From: Perlucidibaca sp.
GTDB lineage: Bacteria; Pseudomonadota; Gammaproteobacteria; Pseudomonadales; Moraxellaceae
Reading direction: 5' to 3'
Assembly (NCBI GenBank): GCA_023265995.1
Contig: JAHFSA010000004.1
Location: 32,340-96,339 of the forward strand
Length of the DNA: 64,000 nt
Shown: piece by piece, positions 51,339-59,241 of the stretch
Layout of the letters: each line of letters opens with the position of its first letter
How positions within the stretch are numbered: the stretch's first letter is position 1
Translations under genes and position numbers: made by a program
The notes under the pieces: generated by a model
Databases searched by the model: none
Told to the model about the DNA's origin: nothing
The model's input: the letters and a program-made list of their open reading frames with translations, nothing else

Positions 51339-51971
51339 TTGCTCATGTCCGCCGCCCTTGCCCTGACTTCTGCGCCATCCATCCGTCATGGCAGTCCGCC
51401 CGATCTGCGTGATGCCCGCTGGCGGCGTTTCCGTCTGCTCATGGTGCCGGGCTGGCATGGCTCCGGCGAGCAGCACTGGCAGACACGCTGGCAGTCGCTG
51501 CAGCCTGCCATCGCGCGTGTCGAGCAGGATGACTGGGAGCGCCCGGATCCGGGCAGCTGGGTGGCCCGGCTCGATGCCGAGGTGCGCGCATCGGCGCAGC
51601 CGGTGGTGCTGATCGCCCACAGCCTGGGCTGCATCACGGTGGCGCACTGGGTGCGCGAAACCGGCGGGCGAGGTGTGGCGGCGGCCTTGCTGGTGGCCCC
51701 GGCGGATGTCGAGCGCACCCTGGTGGCGCCCGAGCTGCGCGGTTTCGCGCCGGTTCCGGAAGAGCAGCTGCCATTCGCCACGCGCGTGGTGGCCAGCGAC
51801 GACGATCCCTGCTGCACGCTGACGCGTGCCGGGCATTTCGCATCCACCTGGGGTGCCGATCTGGTTGCCATCCCGTCCGGTGGCCATCTCAATGCCCGCA
51901 GCCAGCTGGGCGACTGGCCGACCGGCCAGCTCCTGTTGCATGATCTGGTCTGGCGACGTCGCGCCGGCTGA
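51339..51971 (+). CDS. RBBP9/YdeN-family alpha/beta serine hydrolase
   Basis: VPGWHGSGEQHWQ, nucleophile elbow AHSLGC, C-terminal GGHLN. The exact start among the first Met codons is uncertain. Confidence 0.75.
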   Translation: MLMSAALALTSAPSIRHGSPPDLRDARWRRFRLLMVPGWHGSGEQHWQTRWQSLQPAIARVEQDDWERPDPGSWVARLDAEVRASAQPVVLIAHSLGCITVAHWVRETGGRGVAAALLVAPADVERTLVAPELRGFAPVPEEQLPFATRVVASDDDPCCTLTRAGHFASTWGADLVAIPSGGHLNARSQLGDWPTGQLLLHDLVWRRRAG

Positions 51972-52014
51972 AGCCGGTCGCGGAGAGTCGTCCGGTCAGA
52001 ACCGGAGTTTTTCC

Positions 52015-52839
52015 ATGTGTCAGCTGCTGGGCATGAATGCCAATGTGCCCACCGATATCTGCTTTTCCTTCACCGGCTTCCGCCAGCGCGGCGGCCGCAC
52101 GGACCATCATGCCGACGGCTGGGGCATAGGCTTCTTCGAGGATGCCGGCTGCCGCATCTTCATCGACACCGAAGCCAGCGTGAACTCGCCGATCGCGGCG
52201 CTGGTCAGTGCCTATCCGATCCGTTCGCAGCATGTCATCGCGCATATCCGCAAGGCCACCCAGGGCCATGTGCGTCTGCAGAACACGCACCCGTTCCAGC
52301 GCGAAGTCGGCGGCCGCTACTGGCTGTTCGCCCACAATGGCGACCTCAAGGATTTCGCGGCGCGACCCGGTTCGGTGCGGCCGGTGGGTGATACCGACAG
52401 CGAGGAGGCCTTCTGCCATCTGCTCAATGCCGTGCTGGCGGTCTGCCCGGACGGGCGCCCGAGCCAGGAGCAGCTGCTGGCGGTGGTGACCGAGGTGGCG
52501 CGCGAGGTCTCGCGCCATGGCACCTTCAACTTCCTGCTGTCCAACGGCGAGTGGCTGCTCGCGCATTGCAGCACGCAGCTGGCCTGGATCACCCGGCAGG
52601 CGCCGTTCTCGGTGGCGCATCTGTCGGATGAGGATGTCAGCATGGACTTCAGCGAGCATGCCGCCGCCGGCGACCGCGTCGCGGTCATTGCCACCGCGCC
52701 GTTGACGGACAACGAGGCGTGGACCATCATCGCGCCGCAAACGCTGCTGCTGTTCCGCGAGGGCGAGCTGATCGCCAGTGCCGGTACCGCGAGCACGCCC
52801 GAGTCCCTGTCCGCTGCACCATCTGTCGCGACCGTCTGA
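52015..52839 (+). CDS. Class II (Ntn) glutamine amidotransferase, YafJ-like
   Basis: Begins MCQLLGMNANVP (catalytic Cys2), followed by HADGWGIGFF and HIRKATQG...NTHPF. Internal ATG of ORF 51826..52839. Confidence 0.85.
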   Translation: MCQLLGMNANVPTDICFSFTGFRQRGGRTDHHADGWGIGFFEDAGCRIFIDTEASVNSPIAALVSAYPIRSQHVIAHIRKATQGHVRLQNTHPFQREVGGRYWLFAHNGDLKDFAARPGSVRPVGDTDSEEAFCHLLNAVLAVCPDGRPSQEQLLAVVTEVAREVSRHGTFNFLLSNGEWLLAHCSTQLAWITRQAPFSVAHLSDEDVSMDFSEHAAAGDRVAVIATAPLTDNEAWTIIAPQTLLLFREGELIASAGTASTPESLSAAPSVATV

Positions 52840-52873
52840 GGTTGCCGGCGGATCGCTATCCGTGAGAAATGCC

Positions 52874-54070
52874 ATGACCGATCTGCCCCGCCTGCGCCTG
52901 AAAGCCCAGGAAGAACGCCGCCTGCGCGAAGGCCATGTCTGGATCTACTCGAACGAGGTCGACATCGCGGCGACGCCGCTCAAGGCTTTCGAGCCGGGCC
53001 AGCAGGCCATCGTCGAGGACAGCAAGGGCAAGGCGCTGGGCGTCGCCATCGTCAATCCCAACACGCTGATCTGCGCGCGTCTGGTCAACCGTGATGTCGT
53101 GCATCCGCTCTCGACCTCGCTCTTCGTGCATCGTCTGCAGATCGCGCTGAGCCTGCGCGAAGCCTGGTATCCCGAGCCCTATTACCGTCTCGTCTACGGT
53201 GACAGCGACGGCCTGCCGGGTCTGGTGGTGGATCGCTTCGGTGATTATCTGGTGGTGCAGATTTCCACTGCCGGCATCGAGCGCGAAAAGGCCGGTCTCA
53301 TCGATGCCCTGGTCAAGGTGCTGAAGCCGCAGGGCATCCTGTTCAAGAACGACGGCAAGATGCGTCAGGTCGAAGGCCTCGATTCCTATGTCGAGGTGGT
53401 CTACGGCGAAGTGCCGGACCGCGTCGCCCTGCGCGAGAACGGCGTTGCCTTCGAGGCGCTGGTGCGTGATGGCCAGAAGACGGGCTGGTTCTACGATCAC
53501 CGCGAGTCGCGCGCCCGCCTCAAGGGCCTGGTGGCCGGCAAGCGCGTGCTCGACGTGTTTTCCTACATCGGCGGCTGGGGCGTGCAGGCCGCCGTCTTCG
53601 GCGCCGCCGAGGTGCATTGCATCGATGGTTCCGAGAAGGCGCTCGATCAGGTCATGCGCAATGCCGCCCTGAACGGCGTCGAGAGCAAGGTGCAGACCCT
53701 GCAGGGCGATGCCTTCGATGCCCTCACCGCGCTCAAGCAGGATAACGAGCGCTTCGACGTCATCATCATGGATCCGCCGGCCTTCATTACCCGCCGCAAG
53801 GATCACAAGGCCGGCCTCCAGGCCTATCGCCGCGCCAACGAGCTGGCCATGCGCCTGCTCGGTCGCGACGGTCTGCTGGTGTCGGCATCCTGCTCCATGC
53901 ATCTCGCGCGCGAGGAACTGGTCGATATCGTGCGCGCCAGCTCGCGCCATCTCGACCGTCAGGCGCAGATCGTGCATCACGGTCATCAGGGCGCCGACCA
54001 TCCCATCCTGCCGGCGATTCCCGAGACCGAGTACCTGAAGGCGGTGTTCGCGCGCGTGCTGCCGATCTGA
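52874..54070 (+). CDS. Class I SAM-dependent rRNA methyltransferase (RlmI-like, PUA + MTase)
   Basis: N-terminus LRLKAQEERRLREGHVWIYSNEVD. SAM site VLDVFSYIGGWG. IIMDPPAF and the catalytic SCS motif. Internal ATG of ORF 52778..54070. Confidence 0.82.
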   Translation: MTDLPRLRLKAQEERRLREGHVWIYSNEVDIAATPLKAFEPGQQAIVEDSKGKALGVAIVNPNTLICARLVNRDVVHPLSTSLFVHRLQIALSLREAWYPEPYYRLVYGDSDGLPGLVVDRFGDYLVVQISTAGIEREKAGLIDALVKVLKPQGILFKNDGKMRQVEGLDSYVEVVYGEVPDRVALRENGVAFEALVRDGQKTGWFYDHRESRARLKGLVAGKRVLDVFSYIGGWGVQAAVFGAAEVHCIDGSEKALDQVMRNAALNGVESKVQTLQGDAFDALTALKQDNERFDVIIMDPPAFITRRKDHKAGLQAYRRANELAMRLLGRDGLLVSASCSMHLAREELVDIVRASSRHLDRQAQIVHHGHQGADHPILPAIPETEYLKAVFARVLPI

Positions 54071-54110
54071 GCAGGCGCTGACGGCAGCGGACACCCTCAA
54101 GTCCTGCGCT

Positions 54111-54150
54111 GATCGGTCGATAGGTTATTTACGTCCCCCTTCGACCGATC
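54111..54150 (+). promoter_or_regulatory. 10-bp perfect inverted repeat (GATCGGTCGA-N20-TCGACCGATC) ending 6 nt before the kinase start codon
   Basis: Seen directly. The loop is AT-rich (TAGGTTATTTACGTCCCCCT) and no T-run follows. Confidence 0.35.
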
Positions 54151-54156
54151 ACTGTC

Positions 54157-55452
54157 ATGGCTCTGCCAGCTGCTACACATGAACTGGACATCAGACCTGA
54201 TGCGCAGGAGCGCTTGCGTCAGCAGGTGGCTCTGTTCGAGCAGGCTCTGCAGGAGCCCGCGGCCGACGAGCAGGCCCTGAACCAGGCCTATGCCCGCATC
54301 AGCGGTCTCAACAGTCCCTTGCCTGGCCTGCTGCTGGTGGTCGATCACCGCCTGCTCATCCGTCATGCCAGCGAACAGGCTGGTCTGCTGCTAGGCATGC
54401 AGTGCCGGGCGCTGCCGGGGCGCCCGCTGGCCGAGATCCTGCCGGATTGCCAGGATATCCTGGACGCCTTGGCCCAGCGCGGCGATGGCAATCTGCGCTG
54501 CGAAACCCAGTTCCGTCACTATGACGGCGAGATGCTGCCCGTGCTGCTGTCGCTGGCGATGGAGCGGGCCAGCGATGATCGCCTGCAATATGTGCTGGTC
54601 GGCATCGACCTGCGCGAACGCCGGCAGATCGAGCTGCACCTGCGCCATGCCCAGAAGCTGGAAGCCATGGGCAGTCTGGCGGCGGGCATGGCGCACGAGA
54701 TCAATACGCCTTTGCAGTTTCTCGGCGACAACCTGGGCTATGTCGAGGAGGCCGCGCACGAGCTGCTGGTCATGCTGGCGCGGCTCTCCGACTGGTTGCG
54801 CGGCGGCTCGGCCGAGGCGCTGGCGGATTTGCGCCTGTGCCATGCCGGTCTCGATGCCGACTTCCTGGCGGCGCAGCTGCCGCGAGCCCTGGTGCGCAGT
54901 CAGGATGGCATTCGCCGGGTGACACGCATCATCGACAGCCTGCGCACCTTTTCCCATGGCAGCGAGGTGGCCGTGCCGGAGTCGCTCGATGTGCTGATCG
55001 AGAACGCCGCCACTCTGGTCGCGCACGAGCTGCGTCAGGTCGCCGATCTCGTGCTCAAGCCGGCGGCGCTGCCGCTGGTGCCCTGTCGTCGTGACCATCT
55101 CGTCCAGGTCCTCATCAACCTGCTCACCAACGCCGCCCATGCCATTGCCGAACGCTTCGGCGATACCGGCGGCCGTGGCCTGATCGAGGTCAGCAGCGCG
55201 CTGAGCGCGGACGGGAGCCAGGTCGAACTGGTCATCAGCGACAACGGCTGCGGGGTGCCGGATGCCATCCGCCACCGCATTTTCGACCCCTTCTTCACCA
55301 CCAAGCCGGTGGGCAAGGGTACCGGGCAGGGGCTGGCGATCAGCCGCTCCATCATTGTCGACCAGCATCACGGCAGCCTGGAGTTCGAGCCGCAGGCCGG
55401 CGCCGGCACCCGCTTCATCATCCGTCTGCCTCTGGAGGCGTCGACATCATGA
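54157..55452 (+). CDS. Cytoplasmic PAS-domain sensor histidine kinase
   Basis: No TM segments. PAS-like region, H-box AAGMAHEINTPLQF, then N/G1/G2 boxes (NLLTNAAHA; DNGCGVP; GKGTGQGLAIS). Confidence 0.88.
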   Translation: MALPAATHELDIRPDAQERLRQQVALFEQALQEPAADEQALNQAYARISGLNSPLPGLLLVVDHRLLIRHASEQAGLLLGMQCRALPGRPLAEILPDCQDILDALAQRGDGNLRCETQFRHYDGEMLPVLLSLAMERASDDRLQYVLVGIDLRERRQIELHLRHAQKLEAMGSLAAGMAHEINTPLQFLGDNLGYVEEAAHELLVMLARLSDWLRGGSAEALADLRLCHAGLDADFLAAQLPRALVRSQDGIRRVTRIIDSLRTFSHGSEVAVPESLDVLIENAATLVAHELRQVADLVLKPAALPLVPCRRDHLVQVLINLLTNAAHAIAERFGDTGGRGLIEVSSALSADGSQVELVISDNGCGVPDAIRHRIFDPFFTTKPVGKGTGQGLAISRSIIVDQHHGSLEFEPQAGAGTRFIIRLPLEASTS

Positions 55453-56654
55453 GTCTCGATGGCGCCGAAGCACGCATGCAGATCCTTTGCATAGATGATG
55501 ACCCGGATGTGCTGGCAGGCCTGCAGCTGTCGCTGCGCGGCCTCGGCGAGGTGCATGTCGTCAGCGATGGCGAGCAGGCACTGACGCTGGCGGCCGGGCT
55601 GCCGCGCCTGGCCGTGGTGCTGTGCGATATGCGCATGCCGGGACTGAGCGGCGATGAGGTGCTGGCGCGTTTCCGCCAGCAGTGGCCGCTGGTGACGCGT
55701 CTGCTGCTGACCGGCTACAGCGATCTCGATGCCGCCATTCGTGCCATCAACCAGGGCCGTCTGTTCCGCTTCCTCAACAAGCCCTGTCCGCGCGACGTGC
55801 TGCAGCAGGCCGTGAACGATGCGCTCGAACATCACCGCCTGCTGTGCGCCGAGCGCGAGCTGCTGGAGCAGACGGTGCGCGGCTGCATGCAGGCCCTGGT
55901 CGATGCCCTGGCCATGGCCAGTCCGGCCAGCTACGGTCAGGCCCAGCGCCTGTCATCGCTGATCCAGCAGGTCGGCGAGCACTGCCGGCACGAGGCCGGC
56001 TGGGCCACCACCATGGCGGCCATGCTGGCGAATCTGGGGCTGGTGAGTCTGCGTCCGGCCTTGCAGGAGAAGGTCCTGCACGGGCTGGCGCTGGATGCGG
56101 GGGAAATGCAGGAACTGGAGCGCGGCCACCGGCGGGCCATGGCCCTGCTCGACAGCATTCCGCGCATTCAGCCGGTGCGGCAACTGCTCTGCCTGATCGA
56201 GCCAGCGCTGGCGGAGGGTCTGGTCATAGGGCCTGCGGAGCGTCAGCGTCTGGCGCCGCAAGTGCAGCTGATTCGCCTGGTGCGCCGTTATGTTCAGCTC
56301 GAGGCGGCCGGCATGGCGGCACAGCAGGCGCTGGCCCGGCTGCAGGCCGAGCTGCCCGAAGATGCCGAGCTGATCGAGGCTCTGCGTGTGGCGCTGGGGC
56401 CGCAGGCGGATATCGACCGCCTGCTCGAGCTCAGTCCGGACATGCTGCGCGCGGGCATGGTGCTGGCGCGCGCGGTGCATACCGGCCATGGCCTGCTACT
56501 GGCCCCGGCCGGTTACCAGATCAACGACAGCTTCGTCGAACGTCTGCTCGATGCCTGTCCCGAGCTGCGCCATGGCCGCATAGCCGTGATCATTCCGGCA
56601 CGGCTCGGCGGCCATCTGCACCATCAGTTGCTGACGCGCGCGGCAGGCGATTAG
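55449..56654 (+). CDS. Response regulator: REC domain + degenerate HD-GYP-like output domain
   Basis: REC domain with DDD...D60 (VVLCDMRMPG) and K110. The output domain aligns with HD-GYP, but the HD dyad position reads AN (AAMLANLGLVSL) and no GYP motif is present. 4-nt overlap with the kinase gene. Confidence 0.8.
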   Translation: MSLDGAEARMQILCIDDDPDVLAGLQLSLRGLGEVHVVSDGEQALTLAAGLPRLAVVLCDMRMPGLSGDEVLARFRQQWPLVTRLLLTGYSDLDAAIRAINQGRLFRFLNKPCPRDVLQQAVNDALEHHRLLCAERELLEQTVRGCMQALVDALAMASPASYGQAQRLSSLIQQVGEHCRHEAGWATTMAAMLANLGLVSLRPALQEKVLHGLALDAGEMQELERGHRRAMALLDSIPRIQPVRQLLCLIEPALAEGLVIGPAERQRLAPQVQLIRLVRRYVQLEAAGMAAQQALARLQAELPEDAELIEALRVALGPQADIDRLLELSPDMLRAGMVLARAVHTGHGLLLAPAGYQINDSFVERLLDACPELRHGRIAVIIPARLGGHLHHQLLTRAAGD

Positions 56655-58153
56655 CCTGCGAACAGCATCTGCTTGAAGTCGACCTTGCGGGTCTTCAGCC
56701 AGTACTGCCAGGTGAGGCCCGGCCAGATGGTGAAGTTCTCGCCCTTGTCGTTGATGTACCAGCTCTTGCAGCCGCCGGCGCTCCACACCATCTTCTTCAG
56801 CTCTTCCTGGACGCGCACGTTGTAGGCATCCGAGCTTTCCGGCTTGACGGTGATGCTCGGCGACTTGCGCTTGTCCATCTCTTCCAGACACTGCATGACG
56901 TAGTTGATCTGCGACTCGATCATGAAAATGATGGAGTTGTGGCCGAGCGCGGTGTTCGGGCCGAGCAGCATGAACAGGTTGGGCAGGTTCTTCAGCGTGA
57001 TGCCGAGATAGGCGTTCATGCTGCCATCGTGCGGCACGGGCTTGCCGTCGCGGTCGATGATGTTGAGCGGACCCAGCGGATCGGCGACATCGAAGCCGGT
57101 GCCGCAGATGATGGCGTCGACTTCATGCTCGCTGCCATCGGAGGCGATGACGCTGTTGGCGCGCACTTCCTTGACGCCCGAGGCGACGACTTCGACGTTG
57201 TCGCGGGCCAGAGCCGGATAGTAGTTGTTGGTGAACAGCACGCGCTTGCAGCCGATGGTGTAGGTCGGCGTCAGCTTGGCGCGCAGTTCCGGGTCCTCGA
57301 TCTGGCGTGCGAGGTGGAAGCGGCTGAGCTTCTCGATCGGCGCCATCAGCTTCGGATTGATGAAGCCGATGCCGAAGGCCTCGGCCTGCCAGTAGATGGC
57401 GTTGCGGAACAGCGACTGCGTGCCCGGGATCTTGCGGAAGGCGGTCTTCAGCAGGCTCGGCAGCTGGCCGTCCGGCTTCGGCACCAGCCACGGCGCGGTG
57501 CGCTGGAACAGCACCAGCTTGCCGACCTTGGGTGCGATCTGCGGCACGAACTGGATGGAGCTGGCGCCGGTGCCGATCACGGCCACGCGCTTGCCGGCAA
57601 GATCGTAGTCATGGTTCCAGCGCGCGGAATGGAAGACGGTGCCTTTGAAGTTGTCGAGGCCCTTCACATTCGGCAGGGCCGGACGGCTGAGGCCGCCGAT
57701 GCCCGAGACCAGCACGCGGGCGGTCAGACGGGCGCCGGTGCCGGTCTGCAGATGCCAGCGCTGCTCGGCTTCTTCCCAGCGGGCTTCCAGCAGTTCTTCG
57801 CCGCAGCGTACGTGCGGGCGGAGGTCGTACTTGTCGGCGCAGCGCTGCATGTACGAGAGGATTTCCGGCTGGCCGGAATACATGCGCGACCAGTCCGGGT
57901 TCTGCTCGAAGGAGAACGAGTACATGTGCGAGGGCACGTCGCAGGCAGCGCCCGGATAGTGGTTGTCGCGCCAGGTGCCGCCAATGTCGTCAGCCTTTTC
58001 CAGGATGACGAAGTCGTTGCGGCCGGCCTTCTTCAGGAAAATGGCCATGCCCAGGCCGGAAAAGCCGGAGCCGACGATGGCGACGTCGTGATGGGGAATT
58101 TCTGCGATCAGCGGCTGAACTGCGGCTGCGGCGCGGGCGGTCTTCTTCGGCAT
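56651..58153 (-). CDS. Baeyer-Villiger-type flavin monooxygenase (AlmA-like class B FMO)
   Basis: FAD Rossmann VAIVGSGFSG. BVMO fingerprint FKGTVFHSARW (FxGxxxHxxxW). Second Rossmann VAVIGTGASS. 500 aa. Confidence 0.88.
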   Translation of the reverse strand: MPKKTARAAAAVQPLIAEIPHHDVAIVGSGFSGLGMAIFLKKAGRNDFVILEKADDIGGTWRDNHYPGAACDVPSHMYSFSFEQNPDWSRMYSGQPEILSYMQRCADKYDLRPHVRCGEELLEARWEEAEQRWHLQTGTGARLTARVLVSGIGGLSRPALPNVKGLDNFKGTVFHSARWNHDYDLAGKRVAVIGTGASSIQFVPQIAPKVGKLVLFQRTAPWLVPKPDGQLPSLLKTAFRKIPGTQSLFRNAIYWQAEAFGIGFINPKLMAPIEKLSRFHLARQIEDPELRAKLTPTYTIGCKRVLFTNNYYPALARDNVEVVASGVKEVRANSVIASDGSEHEVDAIICGTGFDVADPLGPLNIIDRDGKPVPHDGSMNAYLGITLKNLPNLFMLLGPNTALGHNSIIFMIESQINYVMQCLEEMDKRKSPSITVKPESSDAYNVRVQEELKKMVWSAGGCKSWYINDKGENFTIWPGLTWQYWLKTRKVDFKQMLFAG

Positions 58154-58181
58154 GGAGGGCTCTCCTGTTTAAGGCGAGCCG

Positions 58182-58210
58182 AGTCTATTTCTAAATGTGA
58201 CATTATGCAA
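58182..58210 (-). promoter_or_regulatory. Candidate sigma70 promoter for the monooxygenase gene
   Basis: The minus strand reads TTGCAT-N17-TAGACT in the 64-nt AT-rich gap upstream of the GGAGAG RBS. Match by eye only. Confidence 0.3.
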
Positions 58211-58217
58211 TGGCAGA

Positions 58218-59231
58218 TTACGACAGCCGTCCCATCGCCTTCTTCTGCAGATTGCGGATGGTCTCGGCCTGACCGGCCAGCGGCAGGCCCTTTTCGATGA
58301 CCCAGCTGCCGGCCTTGCGCCAGAGGCTGCCGAGACGGTCGCGCGGCAGGCCCAGGGTATCGGCCACGAGCGGATCGAGCAGGCTGCGCGCCAGCGCCAC
58401 GGTGCGGCGCTCGGCGGCCGGCAGCGTATCGGCGGCGGCCACGGCCTGCAGCCATTTCTGCGCCAGCGGCGCGGCCTGCGCCGAAGGTGCCTGCAGCAGG
58501 ACCTGACGCAGGGCCTGCGATTCTTCCTCGCTGCCGCCGAGCCAGACCGCTTCCACGCCCATGGCCTGGCCAAGGCCGACGGCCCAGTGTCGCAGGCCCT
58601 GGCGCTGGCGGGCGTCGAGGCTCAGACCTATGCGGTGGAGCGAGCGGATCAGTTCTTCCGACAGGCAGACGATGAGCGCAGCGAGGTCGGTCTGCGCCAG
58701 CGGCACGCCGGGCAGGTCGCGGGCGAGCCCGCTGTCATCGGCATTGCGGCGCAGGATGGCCAGCTCCAGACGCAGCAGCAGGATGTCATCGGCGGCCGGC
58801 AGTGTCGTCGTCAGCAGGGCGGCATCGACATGCGACATGAAGCGCTGCAGTACGCTCAGCGTGCCCGGCCAGACCCGTGACCAGCGTTGCTGGCTGAGCA
58901 GGCGCAGACCGGCGCCGGCCTGCCAGGCCAGGCGCACGGCGAGCGGAAACTGCTGCACGAAGGCCTGCCAGGCCAGCAGCTCGGCGCCATGGCGGGGATC
59001 GTGCCAGCGTGCCGGCATGGTCACGCCCTGGTCGAGGAATTGCGCGCACAGCGGCTGTCCCTGTTCGGCTTCGTACTGCACCAGCGACAGCAGCGTGGCG
59101 GCATCTTCCAGTGGATAGATGGTGCTGAGCAGGTCGGCCAGCGGATCGCCGACGTGTTGCCAGTAATCCAGCGGCAGCGCCTGGATGCGCTTGAGCACGG
59201 TGTTGTTGGCGGCGGGCAGGCGCGGCAGCAT
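58218..59231 (-). CDS. Hypothetical helical protein (337 aa); possibly an MpaB/Lcp-type (DUF2236) oxygenase
   Basis: Start chosen at MLPRLPAANN inside ORF 58218..59384, 10 nt after the ilvA stop. The Leu/Ala/Gln-rich sequence has a GDPLADLL motif near the N-terminus that I only loosely associate with DUF2236 proteins. The opposite-strand ORFs look like Arg/Gly-rich artefacts. Confidence 0.55.
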   Translation of the reverse strand: MLPRLPAANNTVLKRIQALPLDYWQHVGDPLADLLSTIYPLEDAATLLSLVQYEAEQGQPLCAQFLDQGVTMPARWHDPRHGAELLAWQAFVQQFPLAVRLAWQAGAGLRLLSQQRWSRVWPGTLSVLQRFMSHVDAALLTTTLPAADDILLLRLELAILRRNADDSGLARDLPGVPLAQTDLAALIVCLSEELIRSLHRIGLSLDARQRQGLRHWAVGLGQAMGVEAVWLGGSEEESQALRQVLLQAPSAQAAPLAQKWLQAVAAADTLPAAERRTVALARSLLDPLVADTLGLPRDRLGSLWRKAGSWVIEKGLPLAGQAETIRNLQKKAMGRLS

Positions 59232-59241
59232 GGCTAATCCC

